Positions 25,106-50,879 of a stretch of DNA of 64,000 bases are shown in pieces; within the stretch, counting starts at the first letter, position 1, and every line of letters starts with the position of its first letter. Below the pieces are notes generated by a model. The model was given only the letters and a program-made list of their open reading frames with translations. It made no database searches and was not told where the DNA came from. The DNA comes from Vicugna vicugna (lineage: Eukaryota), in NCBI GenBank assembly GCA_013265495.1, contig MU058418.1, positions 2,010,917 to 2,074,916 of the forward strand, given 5' to 3'. A program made the translations under genes and the position numbers.

Positions 25106-26539
25106 GGAGACCCTGGGGGCTCCCAGAGAGGCGAGCAGCTGGGCAGAGGCACGTGGCTGCTGGAGAAAAGGAAGGAAGAGAAGGGAGGAGGCTGGAGAAA
25201 GGAGGAAGGGAAAAGGAAGGGGAGGAGAAGAAAGCAGTCTGGTATTCCCAGAGAGCTCCAGGTCCATCCCTGATTGGCTCTGCTCCTCTCGGCCAGCTGC
25301 TCCAGAGACAGCTGCTAACCCCTCCACTCCAAGTGAAATTTGCCAAATTTGGAAATGAAAAATCAGCAGTCCTGGGCACAAAGGGCACACGGGAAGCCAG
25401 GAAGCCTCCAGCTCAGTCTTCCTGTCCAGGGAGCTCCAAGCCCTATTCCATCTCTGAGGCCCAAGGGACAGGCATTCTTACTCTGCCTTCTTGAGGCCCT
25501 GGAAACAGGGCATGGGGAATTTCTCAAACGCGGAGAGGGCAAAGTGCCCAGGAGGAAAGCTTTCCTTGCAGTGCAGACAAGGACAGATCTACCAGCAACC
25601 CCAGTGGCAGGGCACACATGTTGTCCCATCTCACCCCACGCCTCCTTGTGCCGTGTGTCCCTCGATGGACTCAGTGCCACGCTGGCCATGGGGTGTGTTA
25701 TGCCAGGGGCAAAGTTTTCCTCTTTTGCACTCGTGATTACCTCCTGAGAGAGGGGTTGACCATTTCTAATTCGGTGGATTCCACTTCCCACCACCAAAAC
25801 TACCTTAACAAACAGCCTGAGGATGTTGCATCTGACTGAGTGACACACAATTGTGTCTATTTCTGACTCACTGCGGTCAAAATACTTCCCCTGTGACTTG
25901 TCACTGCTCCAGCGGGCGTTGAGGAGTTGAGGGGCGACAAGGCAGCACGATTCGCTCCTCCCAGCTTTCTCCCACCCCCATCGACGCCCCGCCCCATCCC
26001 CTGCATGATCTCCCAGGAATCTCCGGAGACAAGGCCTCCCTTTGTGCCCTCCTCCCTCGCTCGGGCCCCCATGCAACTTGAAGGGTATGGGAGAGGGCCT
26101 TCTCACGCTGGGACTGGGAGGAATCAGAGGGTATGGCGGATGTGGTTGCCCACGGGGGAGTTAGGAAAGGTGGGTGGCGTTGATGGGGGGAAGCCACTGG
26201 ACTGATCCCCCTGAGCCCCCTCGACCGCCCACCGGTCCCAGCCTGAGCCCAGCGGGCCAGGCCGAGGCAGAAGGAGATTAAAATCGCCGCCACAGGAAAC
26301 CTGTGGTAAGGAAGGGCAAAGGTCTCTCTTGAGCAGTGGAGAGGGGGTGGTGGTGGAAGGAGGAAGACCTCAGAGAAGTGGGTAGAGTGGGAAACGCCAG
26401 AACAAAGGGGTGGAGCTGTCTGGAAGGATGGAGAGGGAGCTTGACTACTGGAGGAGGGGGTCGGGAGGTACTCACACTCTGGACCATAAAGCCTGCAGAG
26501 GTGCTGAGCTGGGCTGAGCAGGACTGAGCAGGACTGAGC

Positions 26540-27340
26540 AGGTCGGAACTGCGGAGAGACGGGCCGGACCCGCCAGGCGGGACTCCCAAGCGCCCGGAGC
26601 CACCTTTCCCCGAAAGCGCACCCCTACTCCCACCCCGGGCCCCGGCGGACAAGGGGCGCACAGCTCCCGCAGCTGGACAACTTACCCGGGGGGCTCCGGA
26701 GCCCGGAAGGGCCGCTTCCTGCCAGGCGGGCGTCCCAGCCTGGGCGGGTTGTGGGGCGGGGGCGGGAGAAAGGAGGTGGAGGAGGCGCGGACCAAAGGCC
26801 GGGGTTGCGGGGCTGCGCGCCGGGTGCGCCGGGTGCGCCGGGTCCGGCTGGGTGTAGGCTTCCGTGAAGGACGCGCGGCCTGCGGAGGATTTATTCGCGC
26901 CTTATTAGCATCTCATTACACCTCAATCCCCGGCTCTGGATAGCCTGGGGCCCGCCCATGGGCGTGGCGCTGCAGACGCCGCGTTCCACTTGGGGGCCCG
27001 AAGACCCGGGCCCCGCCAGGCTGGGGTCTATAACCCAGCAGTCGGAGGCGCCCAGAGCCCGAGAGCGCGCCCGCGGCCTCGGGCTCCATCCTGGTGCCTT
27101 CGCCTACAAAGCTAATCCTTCCCGGGCGGACGAGGCACCCCACCATTACGCAGTGCCTACTCCGCCTCCGTCTCCGAACACTAGGCGGAGAGGGCACTCG
27201 GGCTGTGCAAGAAGTTTGCAGAAGCTGTTGGGTCCGTTGGTAGCGCCGGAACATTTGCGTTCTTCTACCGGGAGATGCAAGGCCCGAGCGCCCCACGATG
27301 GATCCAAGCGTGGGATCCGCCTCCCCTGCAAGCAGTCTGC
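26540..27340. promoter_or_regulatory. CpG island promoter of MICAL1
   Basis: CpG-dense, with GGGCGG boxes, a CCGGAAG motif and a (GCGCCGGGT)x3 repeat near 26817-26843. Surrounds the putative exon-1 donor. Confidence 0.85.
26686..26735 (-). other. MICAL1: Probable non-coding first exon of MICAL1
   Basis: Strong minus-strand donor CGG|GTAAGT (GT at 26684-26685) inside a CpG island about 1.5 kb upstream of the first coding exon. The 5' limit (TSS) is approximate. Confidence 0.65.
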
Positions 27341-29299
27341 TCTTAGACCTGGGCTGAGTGCATGGGCATAAATTCGAGTCCTGGAAACTTGGCAGTCTGC
27401 AGCTTCCACAGTGGCAGAGTGAGAGAACAAGAGGGTCTTGGGGTGGGAATGGGAATGTTAGACGACAACCAAGAATGGCAGAAACGGGAGGGATGTGTGG
27501 GTGAGAAACTAGTACCCCCAATAATCAAGATGCCTTGGAGAAAGGACCCACAGACCTGTCAGTGCTGAAAAGAGCTCGAGAGACCTTGGGGATCAACTTC
27601 CTCATATTCCTGATAAGGAAGTAGTGCTGAATGTGAAGACACTTTCCCAAGGTCATTCAACTAGTTAGTATTTATAAAACATCAACTGTCATTTATTGAA
27701 CGTCTACAATGAATATCACCTTAATCTCAATGATCATTTCCCTAAATTTTACTGTCCCATTTTACTGAAAAGGAAACCGAGGGTCACAGAGGTTCTGCGA
27801 CCCGCAACAAGTTACACAGCAAGTGGCAGAGCTGGTGTGGTCTATCTGGAGTTCACCAGACCAGACCCGGGTCTATCTGGACTCCATCACACCAGTGTTG
27901 ATCCAACGTGACAAATGAAAGCCTGGCATTATAAGAAGCTGTTTCTTGTTTAGAGAGGGTGACACTGTTACATCAGAAACACTGACAAAACAGAGAAATA
28001 AATGGGTGGGTCCTTCCTGTGGGATCCAAGGACCAGAAAGAGGTGGTGTCCTCTCCCTTCTCTTTATTCTCACTTTGCTTTCTGTTTGGAAACCCTGAGA
28101 CCCGGAAAGACCTGTATACTCACTTCTCCTGGCCTGAACAGAGAAGGAGACAGGGAAGGGGAAATGCCTGCTCCCTGCCTGGAGAGGCAGGGAATTCAGC
28201 CAGGTTAGGCTCAGGAAACTAGGGCAGCTTCCCAGCTGGGTCTATCCTAGCTTTCAAGTGTGACTAGTCATTTGGCTTGAAATCAATCTGCCAAATATCA
28301 GACACACCCATATTTAAATACATCATATAAAAAGAGTTCTAAAGTCCACTCCAAATAGGTTACAAGTCTTTTAGAATCACCCTTATTTCCCTTTCATTAG
28401 CAGATGGTAAATAACCAGCTGCTCTGACTTAGTGCATTTGCAAAGGCCCAACAGGGTCTGCCCCTTGACTCAATAAATTGGGGTCACAGCCACAGTGTTG
28501 TGTGGCTCTCTGAATGACAGATGGTAAAACTTGTCTTTAAAAAAGATCACAGAACAATAACTTCATCAGTGCTTAAAAAACAGCTGACTTGGAGTTTCAC
28601 TTTATGTTAAAGATACACAGTGGAGTAAAAAGCAATGGGGAATATATTGATTTGTAATCTTGAAGATCTGGTCAGATTCCAGCTTTGCTTCACACGAACT
28701 TAGTGTAACCTTGAAAAATCACCAACCACCATCTTCCATCTTATCTCTAAATGGAGGCAGTTTAGTTACTCAACCTCTTCAACATATTTTGACTCTAAAA
28801 TTCTGTTATTAAGTGTTGGTGACTCTAAGAAATGTACAATCTAGGCCCCCTATTGGAACTTTCTTCAAAAAAAATTGACCTCTATTAAAGCTAAAAGAAT
28901 AAATTATTATTATCTACAAATGTTTCTCTTCTTAATTAAAATCTTATTTGAAACATGAGCCACATTACATGTATATGAAACTAGAAATACTGGTGCAAAC
29001 ACATTGGCTAATTCATACTGAATCAAAGAAGTGGCTGATACATGAAAAGTCAGTTTTGAAAGAATCCCATTCCAATGTTTTGCAAATAATCATGCCAGTG
29101 GTGGCCTAGATGAAAAACCTGGGCCATTAAGATAGGATCCCTTTCCTCTAATCCACACCATGTTCTGTCTTCTTGCAATGTCATCCTTACCTCACCTCCC
29201 AATCTCTCATCTCCTAAGCCTGTAGCCCAAAACTAGATCCTTAGCAGGTGACACATCTAAGCTGTCCTGTATATGGCCTTACACCATATAAGTCAGTGC

Positions 29300-30030
29300 G
29301 TCCAAACACTACACCCACTGTTCTGGGTCAGGAGCTGTGCCTGCAGTGTGACCAGGCAGACACAGCTCCTGCTGTAAAAATAATTACCAAGTACAAAGTG
29401 TTGAGTGCTGTGGATGGATAAGAAAGGGTGGCTTGACTGAGATTAGAGGGTCAGGGAGGATTAGAGGGTGAGGAAGTGACACTTGCACTGAATTCTGACA
29501 AATGTGAAGACATTAGACAGAGTAGGGGCAGAAAACTTTTAAGCCTGAGAAAGTGCCTGCCTCAAAGCCCAAAGCAGGAAATTGCTGGGTATGTTTGGGG
29601 AACAGCAAGGAAGACAGTGTGGCTGGAAGTGAGAATGAGGAAGAGACTCAAGAGGAAGATGGGTTGAGGATTTCCCTCTGAGTGCAGTGGGAAACTGCAG
29701 GATTGTAAGCAGAGCAATGATTGTATTTGTCTTAATAACACATTGTCCATTCATTCAGCAAGGCACTCTGCTTGGTGCTGAGGGCACAATGGTGAGCCCA
29801 GACAGATTACCACTTACCGTGGAGAAAGGAGGAGAGGAAGAAATGCAGGCCTTGGCAGGAGTCCAGGCAAGAGGGCACGGTGATGGTGCAGCAGCTGGGA
29901 TGCCCAAAGTGGATGGACTCAAAATACAGTTTGAGGTGAAACTGGCATAACTTGATGAGGGATTGGGTGTGTGTTATGGGGAGGAGGGGCCCATCAAGAA
30001 GGACTCCCAGTGTTCTCTCTAAACTGTTAA
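29300..30030 (-). mobile_element. L2 LINE remnant
   Basis: Typical degenerate antisense L2 sequence. Further L2 remnants at ~36990-37930, ~40800-42185, ~50260-50670 and ~53240-53730. Confidence 0.6.
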
Positions 30031-31659
30031 GAGTGAGTGAATACAAAATTTGGGTTCCTCATTCTTTCCTACTCTTCCCTGCAACTTTATCCTCTGTATG
30101 CTGCTTTTTATTCAAGTACCTTCTCCAGAAGTCAAAGCATGATTTCATAGACTCTAAGATAACACAAGGAACAAAGATTAAAATACAATTAGGTTCAGGA
30201 TCTGTTTAAATACTTTCCCCTATTTTTATGAGAGTACTTTCATACTTCAAACATTAAGATTATGGAAAAATGTGCCCAGAAGCCACTTACTCATACTAGA
30301 ATTATCTATTGAGAGGTAGATTTTTAAAATGTAGACATTCTTTTTTATATCTCTAACTTAGACTAAGGAAGCTTCAGTTTGAGTTTTCCTCTAATAAGGA
30401 TAAAATACAAATGAACTAGAATACACATCATCAATAAAAATGACAATTAAAAAAAAACAAATGAACTAAAATCAAGAGCCAAACTATTCTTCTGGAAAAT
30501 CTTCAAATACATATTTTAAATGATCTAATATTATGGATATTAAAAATTCAAAATAAATAATAAATCCATGCTCCAAGAACAAAGAAGTTCTCTGACCTGA
30601 CTCCTACTCAAATTTTTCCCTTTCTACATGTCACAGTGGATAGAGTAGTATTTTTCACTTATTAAAAACAAACCAAAAAAAGAACTAAATGTTACTTACA
30701 TTTATTCAAGTTTCTACACTTTGTGTTGAGAATGTGATCAAATAAGCTTAATATAAAAGCTCTCCTACTGTGGTACATTTCCGGTGAGGATATGTGAATA
30801 TATTCCAGTCAACAAAAGTGTTTGTTGCTTAATTATGTGTAAAGAATTTGAAAGCAAGATAAACTATCACAGTGACATTCCAGCTTCTTTTAGAGGTCAT
30901 TCATTTACACCTGCTGTTTACAAAAGGCAAGGGGGATCTTTTTAGGGGTCATTCCTCCAAACCTGCTCTTTACAAAAGCAAGACAAAGAGTTTTCTTTCA
31001 ATTCTTAAGAAAGGCTTATTTTAGTTTGGAAACTGAGGGTGAAAACTTACCTTAATACTTTCAAATAAGGGTAGCAAAAATAGAGTAAATCTGCCCTAAA
31101 TTTAAAATATCCTGTCAGAAGTTTGAAAAAGGAGCTCACTTAAAGTTCATGTTGGTTAAGATTTTTCATCCAATGTGTAAATTTTGATTAAGCTTTAAAT
31201 CAATAGTAGTAAAATATTAATACAAGTATAACTAATATGGTAGTTATTACATTTCTATAGAAGACTAGAACTTTTACTATTATTGCTTTATGTAAAAAGT
31301 TTATGATTGCTAAAATTTCATACAGACCCCCAATTTTAGTCAAAAAGTTTCTGTTAAATTAAGCAGATCATATGTAGAGAAATCCAGCTTAAAATTTTAA
31401 AAGGCTGATGCTAGGAAGCCCATTTGGTGGAAGCCACAGTGGATCAGCCAGTTGAGTACCCCAGTTCCAGCTCTGCCACTTAGTGTGTGACTTTGGGCAA
31501 TGAACTTCATCTTTTGGGGCCTCAATGATCTCATCTGTAAAATAGGCATATCACTTACCTCATAGGAATGTCACAAAAATTAAGTAAAATGAGATTGTAC
31601 TTCAAGTAGGTTATAGGTGTGTCCCAGACACCGCTTCCCTCTTCATTCCAGATGCCAGT

Positions 31660-32010
31660 TGTTATGGGCTGAACTGTGTCCACCCCCTAAAAAATTCATG
31701 TTGCTGTCCTAACATCCAGTCTCTCAGAAAGGGGCCATTTGGACATAGTGCCTTGAAAAAGGTGGTCATTAGGGTGAGCCCTAATCTAATCTGGGTGGTG
31801 TCCTTATAAAATTAGGACAAACACACAGAGGAAGACCATGTGAAGACACAGGGAGAAAACGATGGCTAGGAGGCCTCAGAAGAAACCAATCCCACCTATA
31901 CCAGATCTTGGGACTCTCAGCCTCCAGAGTTGTGAGAAAATAATTTTCTATTGTTTAAGCCGCCCAGTCTGTGGTGTCTGTTATGGCAGCCCTCCCCAGC
32001 AAACGAATAT
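31660..32010 (+). mobile_element. MLT1A-type MaLR solo LTR
   Basis: TGTTATGGGCTGAACTGTGTCC...CAGCCTCCAGAGTTGTGAGAAAATAATTTTCTATTGTTTAAGCC...TTATGGCAGCC. Confidence 0.8.
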
Positions 32011-32809
32011 ACCAGTCACGGCCAGAGGGGACTGGAGTCCTCTAACCCAGGGTGCTGAATAAATCCTTTTTGTGCGCCATGACGTGGTAAAGGTTTCAGA
32101 AGCGCTAAGATTTAGACCTCACGCACCTGGCTTTGCTCCTGGCCCATAGTAAAGACTCAGTATGTGGCAGATATTGTTATTATTCCAATTTATGAAAACC
32201 TTGATGTAATAAGCATCTATGAGACTCTCAGATTCCTCAGCATCATTTAACCGGCTGCTCACATTTACAACACAAGAACCAAATGCAGAAAAATACACAG
32301 AGGAGAGGAAGAGGAGTTTTTGAGAAACACAGGGGCGAGCACAAGAGTAACTCATTTTGATGGCAGAAGCTGAAGTCTTCCTGAGGCCGGCCCTCTACTG
32401 AGAGAAAACCAGAGTCACCTTCAAGAGGAACAAGGTCATTTCAGTAGTTTGAAAGCATAATATTCTAATTCCTAACAAGTTCAGTTTGTCTTTCCGCACT
32501 TGTTAAAACCCTTTCTAAGACTGTTCTCAAGCTTAGTGCAAAGTGAGTTGTGAAACAATGAACCAGCAATTTCTCAGACAATAGAAACATTTTTACGTAC
32601 ATGACATTTCCTTTGGGTAGTCACTGAACTTTAAAATTCAGGATTTCATTAAAGGGACACAGTGTGTATTCGGGATGCAGGAGAGAGGCTAGATTTATGA
32701 AGCTATATTTTTCTCACTTCCCTTTGACAGCTGGTCAAATAACCCGGAACCTTCCCAGAAGAGATTTTCACAGCTGAGACCGACTCTCATGCTAGAGGCA
32801 GGCAGGCCT

Positions 32810-33285
32810 GCGTCACAGGAGCCACTGGCCACAGAGGCTAACAAGCACTCACAATGCAGCTACTGTGACTGAGGACGTGGCCTTTACTTTTAATCCTAAT
32901 GTAAATTTTAAACCTGATACTTGTTTCTGTTACTGGGAAAAAATTATGTCTACAACTACTTGAATGTGTGAATCTAGGTTTTCAACTATAAATTGTATGA
33001 ACTCTAAATACAGATCAAGTATGTATCATGAACATTAGCTACAAACTGAGTGTGCAGTAAATGTTAAATACACACCAGATTTTGAAGACTTAGTATGAAA
33101 AAAATGTAAACTATCTTATTAGTACATTTTAATGTTGGATATTTACATGTTGAAATATTTGGCAAATGTTAGAATAAATAAGCTATCTTATTAAAATTCA
33201 TCTCACCTTTCTGTTTTTAACGCAGCCACTAGAAAAATTTAAGTTACACATGTGACTCACATTATATTTCTCTTAGACAGTGCAG
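32810..33285. mobile_element. Charlie1-like hAT DNA transposon remnant
   Basis: AAATACACACCAGATTTTGAAGACTTAGTATG and the terminal CATTATATTTCTCTTAGACAGTGC. A related MER3-like copy lies at ~46203-46385. Confidence 0.65.
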
Positions 33286-35057
33286 AGGTAGACGTCATAA
33301 AGCTAGTTAAACTTGACTTGTAAATAGTCATGTGACCTTATTTCCTGAATAATTATCTAGCTACCCAGAGTGAGTAGTTAAACATTTATTTGCTTTAATA
33401 CTATGTATCTCCTGGGCCAGTAGGGGTTGAAAAGCTGGTAAAAACACTGCACTTTAACAATAAGGTTAAATAGTTTAAATGACTAAATCAAGAACCTGAA
33501 ATATTTAGTGCGTAACAGTATTCGTAAAAATTATCTCCAGTCAGGTCTGATTTAACATACTTTGGTTGACAGATATAAGATAAATCATTTTGGAATTTTT
33601 GAATTATATACAATAAAATATAGTTTGGCAGATATGTTAGAAAAATGCTTTCATCTTTTCTCAAAACTGAACAATTCTCTATTACTTTAACCTTCAAAAA
33701 AACTTGCTTGATTCAGGTGGAAGTCAAAGATATCTAAAACAAAAAGTGACTAATGTGAAGTCCTGTTAATTTTCGGGGAGATTATCCCTACTGTCCACCA
33801 GCATTATGTTAATTTATATATACTAGTGCCCACCTTCTTTTCTCAAAAATCCTCTATCAGTTTACTTGAGAGAACGTGGTCAAAGTATTCAATAAAATAG
33901 CTGGAAAATTTAACCCAAATATAATTTAATCTTCTGATGGTTATTTAAAATCACACAATTACAGACACGCTGGCTACTAACTCTTGGAGGCTCAAGATGA
34001 TTTTTAAGATGAGAATTTTCTTTTTTAAATGATGTGTCTATTTTGTGAGATTTAATCTTCTTTGCAATAAAAATAGATTATAGTAAGTTCCTATCTAGAA
34101 CGTTATTAGACACAATATACAGAACATTTTGAGAGATCAATTAGATTCCAGTATTATCCAGAGTATATTTAACACAAATTACACTGAATTTTATATTCCA
34201 GGATAATTAAGAAAGCTTTAACTTCATCATGAAGATCAAACATCAATGCTGACAAAAAGTCAGAATTTATTTGGGGTGAATATCTTGATCTAATTTTGTA
34301 CTTTAATTAGACTTTTAAATTTTCAACAACCTGCTTTTAAAACACATGTAAAGCTATGTATCTCAGAAAAATTGAATTCAGAATTTAAAAAATAATCCTA
34401 TCCTTTTGGTTTTCTTGTTATGTGAATTTTGAGTTAAAACAGACATTTAGATTATATGCCTTTCAATCTATCTTAAATGTGACATGATAAGCCCACTGCA
34501 CCACACGAAGATTAAATATTGAGAAGTTACCATGTCTTAGGGGATTGGAAATTGTTAGAAGAACAGTTCCCCAAGTTGTAATCTGCCATATTTATCCCCG
34601 ACTTGTCTTGTAGTGACAACTGTGTCACCTAAGAGAAATAAGGAGGGGACCCAACCATTCTACCCAATTCAACACATGACTTCCTTTGTTCTAAAAAATA
34701 AAAAAGATAACTGGAAAGGTCAGCAAGACCATAACCTCTGGTTGTGAACATTTAATACTCACAGGAGAGTCTAATTCAGTTTCCCCAAAGAAAAGTTACC
34801 CAAGTCTGTAAGAGACATAGTACATGAAAATGCAAACCATTCGTCAACAGTGAAATGCCAGATCCAAATCAGCATTAGATGTAAGACATGACACATCTTG
34901 CTTCCTGGATGGGAAGCATTATAACTCCAGCTCAGCTCAGCTAAGGTCTGTAAGACCTGTAAGTGAGCGCTGCAAAAGGCCTGACTTCAGGCACATAATC
35001 CAGTCACTGCGGGCTTGCGGAGAGGAGACCAACGGAGCAGTCGAGTGCGTTTTCAGG

Positions 35058-47939
<12,882 letters not shown>

Positions 47940-48329
47940 TTTCTTTAGAAGCCCAAGAAGGATTAATCCTGAAATAAGAAAATATTATTTAAAAAAGAGG
48001 AGGCATTATCTAACAATCCCACTCCAAAGGCACCTACTCTTCACTTCACTTTAACTAAATTTTACCATTTACCACTGTTAAAAGTCTATTTAAAAACTTA
48101 GCTTTAGGTTCTTATACTTATTGTATCATCACCCAGCCGAGTGAATTTCCGACATCCACGGTACCGCTCGGGGTTCATTTTCTCCTCTGTAAAATAAATT
48201 GGGCTCAACCACCTCTTAAGTCTCTCCCTGCACTAATTTTCCATAGTTGCATAAACATCAGAATGAAAACTACAGTGTCTGGATTTTACATGTTATTAGC
48301 CATTTTGTCTGTGAAACAAAAATGGAAAG

Positions 48330-49030
48330 GGCGACGACAACGTCCACGTGCGAAGTGAATTTTGGGGTAGCTGCAATTAAGTAATAGTACTGTAAAGCGT
48401 ATTCGGCCTCGCTCTGTAAGGGCGGCGTGGATCGCTCAGGCTGGCGCCAGACGACACGCGGCGCGCAGCTGCGGGCGGGCAGGCCGTTCCCCGGAGCCCG
48501 TGGTCCGCCAAGCTGGGAGCGGGGAGCCAGGCGACGGGGGGCCCCCACCTCCGAGCCCCGGGCCCCTCGGGCCGGACCCTGAGCGGCTGCTGGGGAGGGG
48601 TCAACACGGCCGCGGGCCCCGCGCCCCCGGACGGTGGGCCCACGGCGGACGTACCTCTCGGGACGCCAGGAGGGGTCCGGAACTGGGCCGTTCACCCGCG
48701 GCCTGGCGGGCGCACCCGGGCCGGGCCCGCCCAGGCCCCCAGCTCCGCTGGGCCAACAGCCGGCGTTCCTGCGCCGCCCGCTTCTGCCCCTGCGCCGCCG
48801 CCGCCGCCGCAGCCAACCCGGAAGCGCCGGCGCCGGGAGCCGCCTGCGCGGACGCGAGACCACGTGGCCCGCAGAGGCGCCCCCGGGCGGGGCGGGGCCT
48901 GAGGTCCCGGGAGGAGCCGCGTGGAGAGCTCCAGCGGGTCTTAGTGTTTGCGAGGAGTGGGCCGTAATGGCGTTGTCACTCTGCAAGTACGGAAGTTTTA
49001 TATCCTTTTAGCTGCTCACCGACACCCTGA
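48330..49030. promoter_or_regulatory. CpG island promoter of ZBTB24
   Basis: CpG-dense, with a GCC repeat, ETS motifs (CCGGAAG ~48818; CGGAAGT ~48990), a CACGTG E-box ~48861 and GC boxes ~48885-48897. Confidence 0.88.
48655..48820 (-). other. ZBTB24: Probable non-coding first exon of ZBTB24
   Basis: Minus-strand donor GAG|GTACGT (GT at 48653-48654) in a CpG island. The exon-2 acceptor is at 47969-47970, 29 nt upstream of the ATG. TSS approximate. Confidence 0.7.
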
Positions 49031-50671
49031 TTTTGTCTCTTCCCCTTCCCAGACGCTGAAGCTGGCTTTCAGGTCTCGAATGTGTGACGAATGCTGAGTT
49101 AAAGCGCCTTTACATTCATCGTCATTGTCGTCATCCTCCTCCTCATCCAATGCTTTAGTCTAAGGGAGTGAAGAGAGCCCTCTAGTCGGATAGATGTGGT
49201 TACTGAGTGACCTGAGTTACCCTCTCAACCTTGTTCACCTTAGTCGTGATATGCAGATGTTAACACCAGTGCCAACACTGGGTGACTGTGGAGTAAACAA
49301 GATTAAGTATGTAATGGACGTAATGGTTTAATTCATGTCTACTATGATTAAAATGATCATTATTATCATTATTCAGAATTTCAGTATTTTTCTTTAATAG
49401 ACTGCTAAGGGTTTCTAACTAGCCTTCATTGCAGTGTTGTTCCCTCCAGTACGCAGGAGTACAGGAGACCTCTCCAAGTGCAAATCACATCCAGAGACTG
49501 GAGTCACTCCCTTGCTTAGATTCTTTGTGAATCCCATGTTTCATCTTGATAAAGACCAAGTTTCTGGATGTAGTCTACAAGCCCCACCTAAATCCAGTCC
49601 CCTCCTACTTCTCTGTTTCAGCACTTTCTCTCAATCTACGCTTCACTAATACCTAATTGTTTACAATACCCCGTACCCCTTTCCAGAGTCTAATCTCCCA
49701 AGATTTTGAAACTGGAGGTATAATTACGTCCTGGCTCTTTAAAATTTTTACTAGTTTTTATTAAAATTATCTCCTTCTTTGAGGTTTCCCTCTTTGTCCT
49801 GAATTGCCTCTAAACCCAAGGATTTGTGGGGTCCAAGTAGGATGGGGTCTCTGCCTGACCTCTACACACTAGCAGGAAGAGAAGTAAGTCCAAGGACTTG
49901 ACTACCTTGTTTTGTCTCACTGCCACAACAATTGCAGAAAAATACTGGTCCTCCACAAATCCTCAATCCAACAGCTGACGATGACTCGTTGACCAGTTAA
50001 GCCAGGTACTCCCCCTCCCTCATTCAGTCATGGCTCAGTAAGGGAGGCTCTATGAGGGGAAGCTGGGTCTGGAGGATCTTCCAGCATCAGCTCCTTGCAA
50101 CAGAGACTAGCCCTCTGATGGCAATTTTGTTTAGTATCCATGCTGACTTTTCTTGAGATGTTTGTTGTCTGTGTTTTTGGCTAAGGCCAGCTCGTCTACC
50201 TTCAACAGGTCTTCATAACTTTGAATCTTGCAGAGCAGAGTTTGGGGGGCCAATTACCCAATAAATATTTATTCAATACCCACTAAGTTTCAGGCACTGT
50301 GTCAGGTGATATGGATATAGCAACTAACAAGGCCCTTGCCCTCACAAAGCTTACATTCTACTAAGGGGAAAAGACAAAAATATAAGTAAACAAACAAGTA
50401 ATATAATTTCAGAAAGTGTTAAGTTTTATAAGGAAAGCTGATAGAGACTGACAAGGAAAGTGAATCAGGATAGGGTGACATTTGTGCTGAGGTCAATGAT
50501 ACGGAGCCAGCTGTGTGACGATCTGGAATAAGAACGTTCCAGGCAAGGGAAAAGCAAACATAAAGCCTCTGGGACTGGAAATGAGCGTGATACTTTTGAG
50601 GGACAGGAAAGGTCTGTGGAGTTGGAGCACGGTGAATGAGGGGGAAAAAATGGCAGGAGATGGACTGGAGG

Positions 50672-50838
50672 TAAGGTTACCACATTTTGCCAATAAAAGC
50701 ACAGGACATCCAGTATAATTTGAATTTCAGATAAACAATGAATAATATATCATGGGACATTCTTATAATAGAAAAATTCATGTGATTATCTGAAATTCAG
50801 GAACAACTGAGCATCATGTATTTTATCTGACAACCCTC
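50672..50838. mobile_element. MER53-like hAT MITE
   Basis: AGGTTACCACAT...TTTGAATTTCAGATAAACAATG...TATCTGAAATTCA...TCTGACAACCCT palindromic architecture. Confidence 0.65.
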
Positions 50839-50879
50839 ATTGTAAAGGATGCCTGATTCTGACAATATAGGAAGATAAG

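Noticed and set aside
25106..25390. In-frame N-terminal extension of MICAL1 in ORF 24785-25390
   Set aside because: It runs through the polypyrimidine tract and acceptor, so it is intronic.
26513..26542. Short direct repeats (CTGAGCAGGA x3; TGACCAAAAGGAT x2 at ~9680-9712) as a CRISPR-like array
   Set aside because: Only 2-3 units with no spacer array, in a eukaryotic context. Consistent with slippage duplications.
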